Origin: an uncultured bacterium
GTDB taxonomy: Bacteria > Patescibacteriota > Minisyncoccia > Phycocordibacterales > Phycocordibacteraceae
Assembly: GCA_903825105.1 (NCBI GenBank)
Contig: CAIJZI010000007.1
Location: forward strand, 23,178-87,177
Length of the DNA stretch: 64,000 nt
Direction of reading: 5' to 3'
The notes below the pieces were generated by a model that did not search any database, was not told the DNA's origin, and worked only from the letters and a program-made list of their open reading frames with translations. A program made the position numbers and the translations under genes. Shown here in pieces: positions 28,900 through 36,133 of this stretch (position 1 is the stretch's first letter; each line of letters begins with the position of its first letter).

Positions 28900-29286
28900 T
28901 TGATGGATAAAAATTTTGACGAATGGAACGAGTGTAAAAAGAACCGTGACAAAAATGATATTGATATTTATTTTTACGAGCGTGAGATTTGGTGGTGCGC
29001 CATTGGTGTAAATGTAGGATTTGAACAAGATGGGAAAGGTGAGAGATTCGCCCGACCAGTGCTTATAATAAGAAAATTCAGCAAAAATGTATTTCTCGGC
29101 GTTCCACTTACAACAACAAAAAGAGAAAGTAAATATCATCATTCGTTTCCTTTTCTTGAAGCAGAGAGTACTGCGCTTCTTTCGCAAGTACGACTTTTTG
29201 ATTCAAAGAGATTACTTGTAAAAATGGGTAAAGTTTCAGAAAAAATACTTGAGGATGTGCGAGAAAGAGTACGAAAGATCGTCTAG
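28900..29286 (+). CDS. MazF/PemK-family toxin-like endoribonuclease, no adjacent MazE-like gene
   Basis: ..GFEQDGKGERFARPVLIIRKFSKNVFLGVPLTTTKRE.. aligns with MazF core (GSEQ..RPAVVLS....VPCTT). Confidence 0.5.
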   Translation: MMDKNFDEWNECKKNRDKNDIDIYFYEREIWWCAIGVNVGFEQDGKGERFARPVLIIRKFSKNVFLGVPLTTTKRESKYHHSFPFLEAESTALLSQVRLFDSKRLLVKMGKVSEKILEDVRERVRKIV

Positions 29287-29390
29287 AAATTGTTTGAGCC
29301 GCTCTTGCGAGCGGCTCGAGCCCGAAGGCCATTTGTTCAGTTAGTATATACGCCACGCATTGAAAGTCAAATGATGTGTGTGGACAGTCA

Positions 29391-29440
29391 CTGCCGCCGC
29401 GCGCATCGCAGAAAAGGAATTTGATTTTGTTCCTGTGTAA
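29391..29440 (+). repeat. copy 2 of rnr 3'-terminal repeat (47/50 identical to copy 1, keeps stop codon)
   Basis: CTGCCGCCGCGCGCATCGCAGAAAAGGAATTTGATTTTGTTCCTGTGTAA. Confidence 0.8.
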
Positions 29441-29530
29441 TTTATTTTTTATTTGGCAGAGAAATACCTAAATCTTTACAAATCTTGCGCGCCATAAAAG
29501 AATCTATTTCAGAGTGCCGCGGAACAGTGC

Positions 29531-29758
29531 TTATACAATCATTTTTTGGATTCCAAAATATCGTTCACGAACAAGTGAATTACTGCGAGAATTTGTGCGC
29601 TTTGTGAGCGCGCGTCGTGCGAGTAGAAATTCAGAAAGCGCATCTGATAAATTTTCTTTTGCTTCTTTCTTCGAAGAACCCTGCGTATTTACGCCAGGAA
29701 TTTCTTCAAGCCATGCGATATATCCCGTGCGGACTTTTTTATAAATGGCTGTATACAT
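29531..29758 (-). CDS. HicB-family antitoxin-like protein (UPF0150/RNase H-like fold)
   Basis: MYTAIYKKVRTGYIAWLEEIPGVNTQGSSKKEAKENLSDALSEFL matches HicB N-domain consensus (Y.A....dGgY.a..Pe.PG..tqG.T.eEA..n..eA). Confidence 0.45.
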   Translation of the reverse strand: MYTAIYKKVRTGYIAWLEEIPGVNTQGSSKKEAKENLSDALSEFLLARRALTKRTNSRSNSLVRERYFGIQKMIV

Positions 29759-29782
29759 ATCTGAAAGTATACCACACCACAA

Positions 29783-29818
29783 ATTGCCGAAAAAGAATTG
29801 GATTTTGTTCCGGTATAG
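29783..29818 (+). repeat. copy 3 of rnr 3'-terminal repeat (short; encodes IAEKELDFVPV*)
   Basis: ATTGCCGAAAAAGAATTGGATTTTGTTCCGGTATAG. Confidence 0.7.
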
Positions 29819-29820
29819 CC

Positions 29821-29843
29821 AGTGAGAGACTAAAGCTCTCACT
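29821..29843. repeat. hairpin motif AGTGAGAG-NCTAAAG-CTCTCAC, copy 1 of 3
   Basis: AGTGAGAGACTAAAGCTCTCACT; other copies at 32547-32568 and 33072-33093. Confidence 0.6.
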
Positions 29844-29860
29844 ACAAAATTATAAAAGCA

Positions 29861-32122
29861 CTATTTCGCCACGGCGACGGCTTCGTCGAACTTAATCGAC
29901 AGGAGTTTGGAAACGCCATCGCCGCCCATCGTGACGCCGTAGAGAATGTTGGTGCGGCTCATCGTCTCGCGGTTGTGTGTGATGACAATCAGCTGTGATT
30001 TCTTCGCGAGATTTTCTATCATATCGCCATAGCGACGACTGTTCGCTTCGTCGAGCGCCGCGTCGGTCTCGTCGAGAATGAGGAATGGTGGCGGGTTCAC
30101 CTGATTCATCGCGAAGATAAGCGCGATCGAAGTGAGTGCGCGTTCACCGCCCGAGAGCTGCATCAACGAGCGTATTTTCTTTTTCGGCAGACTGATCGTA
30201 ACTTCGATGCCAGCGCGCTGTTTCTCTTTTACTTCGTCAGCTGATTCCTCAGCATCTTCGGACTCATCTAATGAGTCCTCGACTTCCGGCTCCGGTTCTT
30301 CAAGAATGAGTCGCGCGGAGCCTCCGCCAAACATAAGAGCGAAATATTCACTGAAGGAGGCGTTCACGCGTGCGAGTCCATCACTAAAATATTTCGCGAG
30401 TTCGGTATCCAAATCGTGAATGAGCGCGCGAAGCCCCGCCGCCGACTTCGCGAGATCGTCGAGCTCGACTGCGAGGAATGTCTCTCTCTGCGAGACTTCT
30501 TTATGTTCCTGCCGAATATCCTCGCCGCTCCCGCCCGCTTCTTCGAGACGAATTTTATTTCGTTCCAATTTATGCTTGCGTTCCTCCTGCTCACGGCGTT
30601 CTTTCAATTCTTGATCTGAAAGGGTAATCGGTTCATACACCACTGCTTCTGTCCCAGCGACAGCGATTACCTCCCTCTTATTTCTTTCGAGATCTTCTGC
30701 AAAAACGGTCAATTCATATTCACGCGCTTCTGCCTTCGCGACCTCGCCTTCTTGATGTGCCTTTTCTTGTGCAACATCTAGAATGCGGCGGCGGATCTCG
30801 CGCCCCGTTTCTTCAAGCACGACCATCGCCTCGCGCGCTTTCGCGCGTGCTACTTCTGCCTTACCGAGCGCGTCAGACGCTTCTTCATATTTCTTCGCGA
30901 GCTCTGCGCGCTCTGCTTCAAGTTTAAAGGCTGCATTTTCTTCTTCAGAGAAATAATCGTCGCGTGGCGCGCCGTGTCGGGTGAAAAAGAATTTTATCGC
31001 CGAGCGAATCGCAGTCAGCGCGGCGCGCAATGCCTCGGGAGTAACCTCGGCACCTCCGGCGCCCAAAGCGCCTTCGGCTTGTTCGATTTGCTTCTCGATT
31101 TCTTGATGAAGAGACTCGATTTCTTCCCGTGGCACTTTCGCGTACGGCTCGTTCGCGACCCGCGTCGCGCGACGCTTTACCTCCGCGAGAGCACCTTCGA
31201 CGCGGCCGATCTCCCTAGAGAGCGCCGCGCGTGCCGCTGCGAGTTCTGACACTTCTTTTTCTGCATTTCGCAGCGTTTCAGTTCTCTTCATCGTCTCGCT
31301 ATCAGCCGACTGCGAATCGGTAATATGATCAAGCTCTTTATTCGCGGTAGCGAGATTCTCGGCCGCACGCATTTTTTCTTCAGCGACTTTTATTTTTTCG
31401 TGTGCGAGATACGCGTCTTCAATCGAGAAGTAAGTTTGCGCCGCGCTGATTAATTCTTTTCGCAGGTTTTCTGCTTTATCTAATTTTTCAACCTGCTTTT
31501 CTAGAAATTTTAGATGCGGCGCGAGCTCGCGACGCAGAGAATTGACTTGTGCGATATTTTCTTCAGTCTTTATGAGTTTTTTCTCAGCTTCTTGTTTTTT
31601 AAATTCGTAGAGTTTTAATCCGAGAGCATCCTCGAGCATCTCTCTGCGTTCGCGAGGGCTCGCGATAAGGATTCGATCTGCTTCGCCCTGCGAAATGATG
31701 TGGTGACCGGTCTCGCCGATGTTCGCGCCCGCGAGCAATTCTTCGATATCACGCAGGCGCACCCTTGACCCATTAATCGAATATTCACTCGTCCCGTCAC
31801 GGAAGACGGCGCGCTCGATCGTCACTTCATCAAAATCAATTTTGAACGCTCGACGCGAATTGTCGAAAATAACTGCCACCGCCGCGCGCGACGCGCGCGG
31901 CACCGAATGCGAACCGTTCCAAATTAAGTCTTCAGCGCGCTTGCCGCGCATACTCTTCATCGACTGTTCGCCCAGCGCGAAGCGAAAAGCTTCGGCGACA
32001 TTACTCTTCCCTGAGCCGTTGGGCCCCACGATCGCGGTCGCCGCGCTCGGGAAATCTAAAATCGTCTTCTTGGCGAATGACTTAAATCCGACGATCTCGA
32101 GTCGCTTTAACATTACCCTCAT
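29861..32122 (-). CDS. smc: SMC chromosome-segregation ATPase, short hingeless form (753 aa)
   Basis: canonical SMC N-terminal head (LKRLEIVGFKSFAKKT..IVGPNGSGKSNVAEAFRFALGEQSMKSMRG), long coiled coil, C-terminal LSGGERALTSIALIFA..ILDETDAALD; no hinge-like G-rich segment; rnc nearby as in rnc-smc operons. Confidence 0.7.
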   Translation of the reverse strand: MRVMLKRLEIVGFKSFAKKTILDFPSAATAIVGPNGSGKSNVAEAFRFALGEQSMKSMRGKRAEDLIWNGSHSVPRASRAAVAVIFDNSRRAFKIDFDEVTIERAVFRDGTSEYSINGSRVRLRDIEELLAGANIGETGHHIISQGEADRILIASPRERREMLEDALGLKLYEFKKQEAEKKLIKTEENIAQVNSLRRELAPHLKFLEKQVEKLDKAENLRKELISAAQTYFSIEDAYLAHEKIKVAEEKMRAAENLATANKELDHITDSQSADSETMKRTETLRNAEKEVSELAAARAALSREIGRVEGALAEVKRRATRVANEPYAKVPREEIESLHQEIEKQIEQAEGALGAGGAEVTPEALRAALTAIRSAIKFFFTRHGAPRDDYFSEEENAAFKLEAERAELAKKYEEASDALGKAEVARAKAREAMVVLEETGREIRRRILDVAQEKAHQEGEVAKAEAREYELTVFAEDLERNKREVIAVAGTEAVVYEPITLSDQELKERREQEERKHKLERNKIRLEEAGGSGEDIRQEHKEVSQRETFLAVELDDLAKSAAGLRALIHDLDTELAKYFSDGLARVNASFSEYFALMFGGGSARLILEEPEPEVEDSLDESEDAEESADEVKEKQRAGIEVTISLPKKKIRSLMQLSGGERALTSIALIFAMNQVNPPPFLILDETDAALDEANSRRYGDMIENLAKKSQLIVITHNRETMSRTNILYGVTMGGDGVSKLLSIKFDEAVAVAK

Positions 32123-32150
32123 TGTACCAAATAAAATGATGTGCTATTCT
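32122..32150 (+). promoter_or_regulatory. putative sigma70-like promoter for 32190 ORF (TTGTAC-17-TATTCT)
   Basis: spacing 17 nt; ~40 nt upstream of the start codon. Confidence 0.3.
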
Positions 32151-32189
32151 CCCAATCGGAAAAGACTGTTTAGAAAACTGGAGGAACAC

Positions 32190-32468
32190 ATGCCAATTAA
32201 CATCAGTGACCACGCAAAAGCAGAGGCAGAGGCAACGAGAATGGCTGTTGATAGACTCAGTCTTGAGCTCTTGGCATATGTGCGTGTGGATCGGCGCACA
32301 TTTACCTCTTATCTGAGGAAGTACGCGGAAAAGATCGACGATCAAACGGATGAGGATTTTGCGACTGGCTACAGCAATTCGGCACGGAGACTTCGCAGGG
32401 CGAGCTTCGCTCAAGGAGACCTTCCGCCCAGCGTCCGAGCCCCCGAACGGATGGATCCACGCGATTAA
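32190..32468 (+). CDS. hypothetical protein (92 aa), orphan
   Basis: GGAGG SD 6 nt upstream of ATG; followed by strong terminator; no family recognised. Confidence 0.35.
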   Translation: MPINISDHAKAEAEATRMAVDRLSLELLAYVRVDRRTFTSYLRKYAEKIDDQTDEDFATGYSNSARRLRRASFAQGDLPPSVRAPERMDPRD

Positions 32469-32483
32469 ACCACGCAACACCAC

Positions 32484-32522
32484 GGGCCGCCTGAAATCAG
32501 GCGGCCCGATTCTTTTTATTTT
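32484..32522 (+). terminator. rho-independent terminator (module duplicated at 33007-33046)
   Basis: GGGCCGCCTGAAATCAGGCGGCCC then GATTCTTTTTATTTT. Confidence 0.75.
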
Positions 32523-32523
32523 A

Positions 32524-32568
32524 CTTAGGTGTCTCGCCGCTAAGTTAGTGAGAGCCTAAAGCTCTCGC
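32524..32568. repeat. 24-bp sequence identical to lipase CDS (262-285) followed by AGTGAGAG..CTCTCGC hairpin (copy 2)
   Basis: ACTTAGGTGTCTCGCCGCTAAGTT exact at both loci. Confidence 0.7.
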
Positions 32569-32645
32569 TTGGGGGCCGGACACCCAAGCTGCCAACTCGC
32601 TTGTGTAGCAAGGTTAAACCTCGCTAAAACGACCCCTCGAAAAAC

Positions 32646-32674
32646 TTGACTGATAACATTAGATGTGATATTGT
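32646..32674 (+). promoter_or_regulatory. putative sigma70-like promoter (TTGACT-17-TATTGT)
   Basis: seen directly, ~27 nt upstream of ATG 32701. Confidence 0.4.
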
Positions 32675-32700
32675 ATTCCCCAGAAAGGAAAGGGTGGCAA

Positions 32701-32991
32701 ATGCCAAACATTGTTATTGTTGGATTCAAACCTGGGGAGCTTCCAATTGTGAGAGGCCGGATTTCAATCATTGTCACAGGACTTGGAATTGCCGGGGCTG
32801 ATGGTGTTATCACTTGTTTCCAAAACGCATCAGCCGTAGATATAACAAAAGAACACAACGACGCCCCGTACGTCATCGTCCGCGACACAGAAGAAAATCG
32901 TGCAATGTTGATCGCGAGGGAGATCAACCTCAAACTGAATGTCGATGTCGAACTGGAAGTTCTCCACGCATTCTTGCCGAAGAGACATTGA
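32701..32991 (+). CDS. hypothetical protein (96 aa), orphan
   Basis: SD AAAGGAAAGGGTGG; followed by terminator near-identical to 32484-32522. Confidence 0.35.
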   Translation: MPNIVIVGFKPGELPIVRGRISIIVTGLGIAGADGVITCFQNASAVDITKEHNDAPYVIVRDTEENRAMLIAREINLKLNVDVELEVLHAFLPKRH

Positions 32992-33006
32992 GCATGTCCG
33001 CACCAC

Positions 33007-33046
33007 GAGCCGCCTGAACAAGGCGGCTCGATTCTTTTTACTTTTT
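33007..33046 (+). terminator. rho-independent terminator (duplicate of 32484 module)
   Basis: GAGCCGCCTGAACAAGGCGGCTC then GATTCTTTTTACTTTTTT. Confidence 0.75.
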
Positions 33047-33047
33047 T

Positions 33048-33093
33048 ACCGAAGTTTAACTTCGGTATTTTAGTGAGAGTCTAAAGCTCTCAC
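33048..33093. repeat. hairpin ACCGAAGTT-TAA-CTTCGGT plus AGTGAGAG-TCTAAAG-CTCTCAC hairpin (copy 3) overlapping rnc stop codon
   Basis: seen directly. Confidence 0.6.
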
Positions 33094-33779
33094 CAATTCA
33101 TTTTTTTAAGACCTGCTTCGGCGGCGAGCTGTTCGGCTTCTTGCTTACTCTGCCCTTCGCCCCGAGCGATTTCTTTTTCACCAATAAAAACACCGACGGT
33201 AAAGGTGCGTGCATGGTCCGGCCCCACTTCTGAAAGGGTTTCGTAGCGCGGCGTGATGCTCTTCTTTTCTTGTGACAATTCTTGGAATCGACTCTTCGCG
33301 TCCTGGTGTGCACCTTTTGAAATTATTTCGTCAATTTTTATATATACATTTTTTGCAATAAAAGCTTCTGCTTTTTCATATCCAGAATCCAAATAAATCG
33401 CGCCGATAATCGCTTCAAATGCGTCAGCGAGAATCACATCGCGCGCGCGGCCCGTGTCCTTCGACTCGCCTTTTGAAAGCAACATATAATCATTCACGCC
33501 AAGCGCCTTCGCGCTCTCGGCGAGCGACACCGTGTTTACCAAGGCCGCGCGATAGCTCGTGAGCTCGCCTTCTGATTTCGCGGGGAATTTTTTAAAAAGA
33601 AAATCCGTCACGACCAGTTCAAGCACAGCGTCACCGAGGAATTCTAATCGCTCATTATGACTGCCCACATAGTCGCGGTGTTCGTTTAGGTACGAACGAT
33701 GCGTCAAAGCCTCGATGAGAAGGTTTTGATTATTAAATTTGATATTGAGTTCGTTAGAAAATTGAAGAAAATCAGGCAT
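33090..33779 (-). CDS. rnc: ribonuclease III
   Basis: RNase III signature ERLEFLGDAVLELVV, C-terminal dsRBD. Confidence 0.9.
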   Translation of the reverse strand: MPDFLQFSNELNIKFNNQNLLIEALTHRSYLNEHRDYVGSHNERLEFLGDAVLELVVTDFLFKKFPAKSEGELTSYRAALVNTVSLAESAKALGVNDYMLLSKGESKDTGRARDVILADAFEAIIGAIYLDSGYEKAEAFIAKNVYIKIDEIISKGAHQDAKSRFQELSQEKKSITPRYETLSEVGPDHARTFTVGVFIGEKEIARGEGQSKQEAEQLAAEAGLKKMNW

Positions 33780-34719
33780 GTGCGCGTGGGAGCGTAGTCG
33801 TTACATTCGCGTGGTCGAGCAGCTTCTGTACCGCCTCCGTCACGATTGGGAGCATATCATCATAGAAGTTAAGGTCAATGATGTCCTTCAGCCGAAACCA
33901 CTTCGCGTCGTCGAGCCCGCCTTTACCCTGCTGGAGATGGAGCTGCTCGAATTCGGCACGCGCGAGGAAGTAGGTCACATGCTTTCGATACTTCCCCTTC
34001 TCCGGATGCGAAGCGACATACTCGTTTTCGCCGATCTTTCCTTCGAGTTTTATATCGATGCCGATTTCTTCTTTTACTTCGCGAATCGTGCCCTCTTCTG
34101 TAGTCTCGTGCGCGATAGTAGGATTGTCGCCAATCTTACCTTTTGAAAGAGTCCAGTGACCGAAAACATCGTGAACGAGAGCGAGATAATACTGCCCATC
34201 GTGTTTACAATAAACGACCGCGCCGCCGAGTCGCTGTATCGGAATGTCTTCATACTTCACTTTGGTACTCTTCTTTTCTGCCTGCTCATTCTTCCCTGGT
34301 TCGCCGAGCTCTTTGTAGACGGCACCCAAAACGCCGTTGACGAATCTGCCACTCGATTCTCCGCCAAAAGTCTTCGCGAGTTCGATCGCTTCATTAATCG
34401 CCACCTTCGCGGGCACTTGTGTTCGATCGGCGAAAAGGAGCTCGTAGAGCCCGATGCGCAGAATATTTCTATCCACAGGAGCGATGCGCTCCATCGACCA
34501 TTCAGGCGCAGCTTTTTCAATAACTAAATCGATGTCTTCTTTTTTTGATAACACGCCGAGCAGAAGCTTCTCCATAAACGGCCGGTCTGCATCATCACCA
34601 CAAAACTCTTTTACATTTCTTTCGAGAATAATGGCTGAATCTTTTTCTTGTGCATTTGTTGTGTCCCACTCAAAAAGTGTTTGGAGAACAACTGATCGGG
34701 CTAGGTGTCGGTTCGCCAT
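33772..34719 (-). CDS. nusB: NusB antitermination factor fused to C-terminal Nudix hydrolase domain
   Basis: NusB region (..VDRNILRIGLYELLF..AINEAIELAKTFGGESSGRFVNGVLG); Nudix box GKIGDNPTIAHETTEEGTIREVKEEIGI (Gx5Ex7REVxEExGI). Confidence 0.6.
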   Translation of the reverse strand: MANRHLARSVVLQTLFEWDTTNAQEKDSAIILERNVKEFCGDDADRPFMEKLLLGVLSKKEDIDLVIEKAAPEWSMERIAPVDRNILRIGLYELLFADRTQVPAKVAINEAIELAKTFGGESSGRFVNGVLGAVYKELGEPGKNEQAEKKSTKVKYEDIPIQRLGGAVVYCKHDGQYYLALVHDVFGHWTLSKGKIGDNPTIAHETTEEGTIREVKEEIGIDIKLEGKIGENEYVASHPEKGKYRKHVTYFLARAEFEQLHLQQGKGGLDDAKWFRLKDIIDLNFYDDMLPIVTEAVQKLLDHANVTTTLPRAHA

Positions 34720-34839
34720 GTAAAGATCTTATAAATTGAGTATAGCAGATATATACAAGTGGTAAGGGACAAGGTGTTAGTAACAAAAAAATCCCTTGCG
34801 GGATTTTCTTAAACCTTAAACCTTTTAGCTTAAACCTAA

Positions 34840-35190
34840 TTAGGCGCCGCCACCAAAACCACTGCGCGCTTTTGGACGACTCGTTGAAGAAACTTTTTTA
34901 GAAACTTTTGTTGCTTTTACATCTGCGTTCGCGTGCTCTTCTTTCGCATGATCGTGCGCGTGCTTCGCTACTGGCTCTGTGTTTGGGCCCTTCACTTTTA
35001 CCTCTTTCTGCGCTTTTGCCTTTGGAGTAAAGATCTGCTTCCCGCGGTACATACCGGTCTTTTCATCGAGACGGTGAGGCAAGCGGAGATTGCCGCTTTC
35101 TTTATCCTTAACGATAACCATATTCTTGAGCGCGTGATGCGACCGGCGATTACCGGTGTGCCCGCTCGTGTGACGCATTCGAATTGACAT
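34840..35190 (-). CDS. rpmF: 50S ribosomal protein L32 with ~60-aa Lys-rich C-terminal extension
   Basis: N-terminus ..GNRRSHHAL..DKESGNLRLPHRL..YRGKQIF parallels E. coli L32 (RRSHDAL..DKTSGEKHLRHHI..YRGRKV). Confidence 0.6.
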   Translation of the reverse strand: MSIRMRHTSGHTGNRRSHHALKNMVIVKDKESGNLRLPHRLDEKTGMYRGKQIFTPKAKAQKEVKVKGPNTEPVAKHAHDHAKEEHANADVKATKVSKKVSSTSRPKARSGFGGGA

Positions 35191-35279
35191 ACGGCTACCT
35201 TATCACACGCTGTGAAAAAAGAAAAGGACTCTCCTCTGCCGCGCAATTTCTGCGAAGCATTAGAGAGTCCTCAACATAT

Positions 35280-35465
35280 CTAGCTCAGATACACATGACC
35301 CGAGCAGCTTACCTTCACCACTCCGGCGTTGCTGACTTTCATGACTTCGAGTTCGTGGCATGCGACGCAACAATCAGTGTCCGGGACGAAGTCTCTGACT
35401 TCTTTCAATTCGTGACAACGATAACATTCTTTCTCTTCCGGCTCTGTAGATGTGTTGGTGGGCAT
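35280..35465 (-). CDS. small Cys-rich zinc-ribbon-like protein (61 aa)
   Basis: CYRC..CCVAC clusters; directly upstream of rpmF where yceD/DUF177 usually sits. Confidence 0.3.
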   Translation of the reverse strand: MPTNTSTEPEEKECYRCHELKEVRDFVPDTDCCVACHELEVMKVSNAGVVKVSCSGHVYLS

Positions 35466-35523
35466 AAGCTCCTCCTGTTCATGTTAAAACAACAATCCAT
35501 TTGGATAATACACCGAATATTAT

Positions 35524-36111
35524 TTAAATCAAATGTAAAAACGACTTGCGATGAATCGCGCAGGGGCCGTATTTTTTAAGCATTTCATAATGCAGTTTGG
35601 TGCCATAACCTTTGTGCTTCTCGAAGCCGTATTCAGGATATTTGATCGCGAGCTCGAGCATTAAACGATCGCGCAGAACCTTCGCCACGATAGAGGCGAG
35701 CGAGATAATCGGCACGAGGTCATCGCCGTTGATTATGGTCTCCTGTGAATATTCTTTTGGCGCATGTAACCCGCCATCGAGTAAAATGATGGATTTCGTA
35801 AACCCATCATTCGGCGCGAGTTTGTTCACACCGCGCGCGAGCGCTTTATTTATCGCCGGGACAATTCCCTCTTTATCAATCATTTCTGCACTCTCGAATT
35901 CAACAGCGAAACGCGCGTCGCCAAGGGCGACGCGTGCTTCCAGCATTTCAAAAATCTCCTCTCTTTTCTTCTCTGATAGCTTTTTAGAATCCGCGACACC
36001 CTTGAATTCTTTCATTACATCAAATCCCTCTGCCACTACCGCTACCCCAACAGCCACCGGCCCCGCGAGTGGTCCTCGCCCTGCCTCGTCAACTCCAATT
36101 AGAAACTTCAT
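35524..36111 (-). CDS. rnhB: ribonuclease HII
   Basis: GVDEAGRGPLAGPV active-site motif. Confidence 0.85.
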   Translation of the reverse strand: MKFLIGVDEAGRGPLAGPVAVGVAVVAEGFDVMKEFKGVADSKKLSEKKREEIFEMLEARVALGDARFAVEFESAEMIDKEGIVPAINKALARGVNKLAPNDGFTKSIILLDGGLHAPKEYSQETIINGDDLVPIISLASIVAKVLRDRLMLELAIKYPEYGFEKHKGYGTKLHYEMLKKYGPCAIHRKSFLHLI

Positions 36112-36133
36112 CTAGAAAGTATATACTGAATGT

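Noticed and set aside
29514-29744. 76-aa plus-strand ORF in the HicB cassette
   Set aside because: It is antisense to the better-supported HicB-like ORF and has no SD.
31719-32468. 249-aa plus-strand ORF spanning the smc 5' region into the intergenic space
   Set aside because: Only the last 92 codons (32190-32468) lie outside smc and have their own SD and promoter. The upstream part is antisense to conserved SMC head codons.
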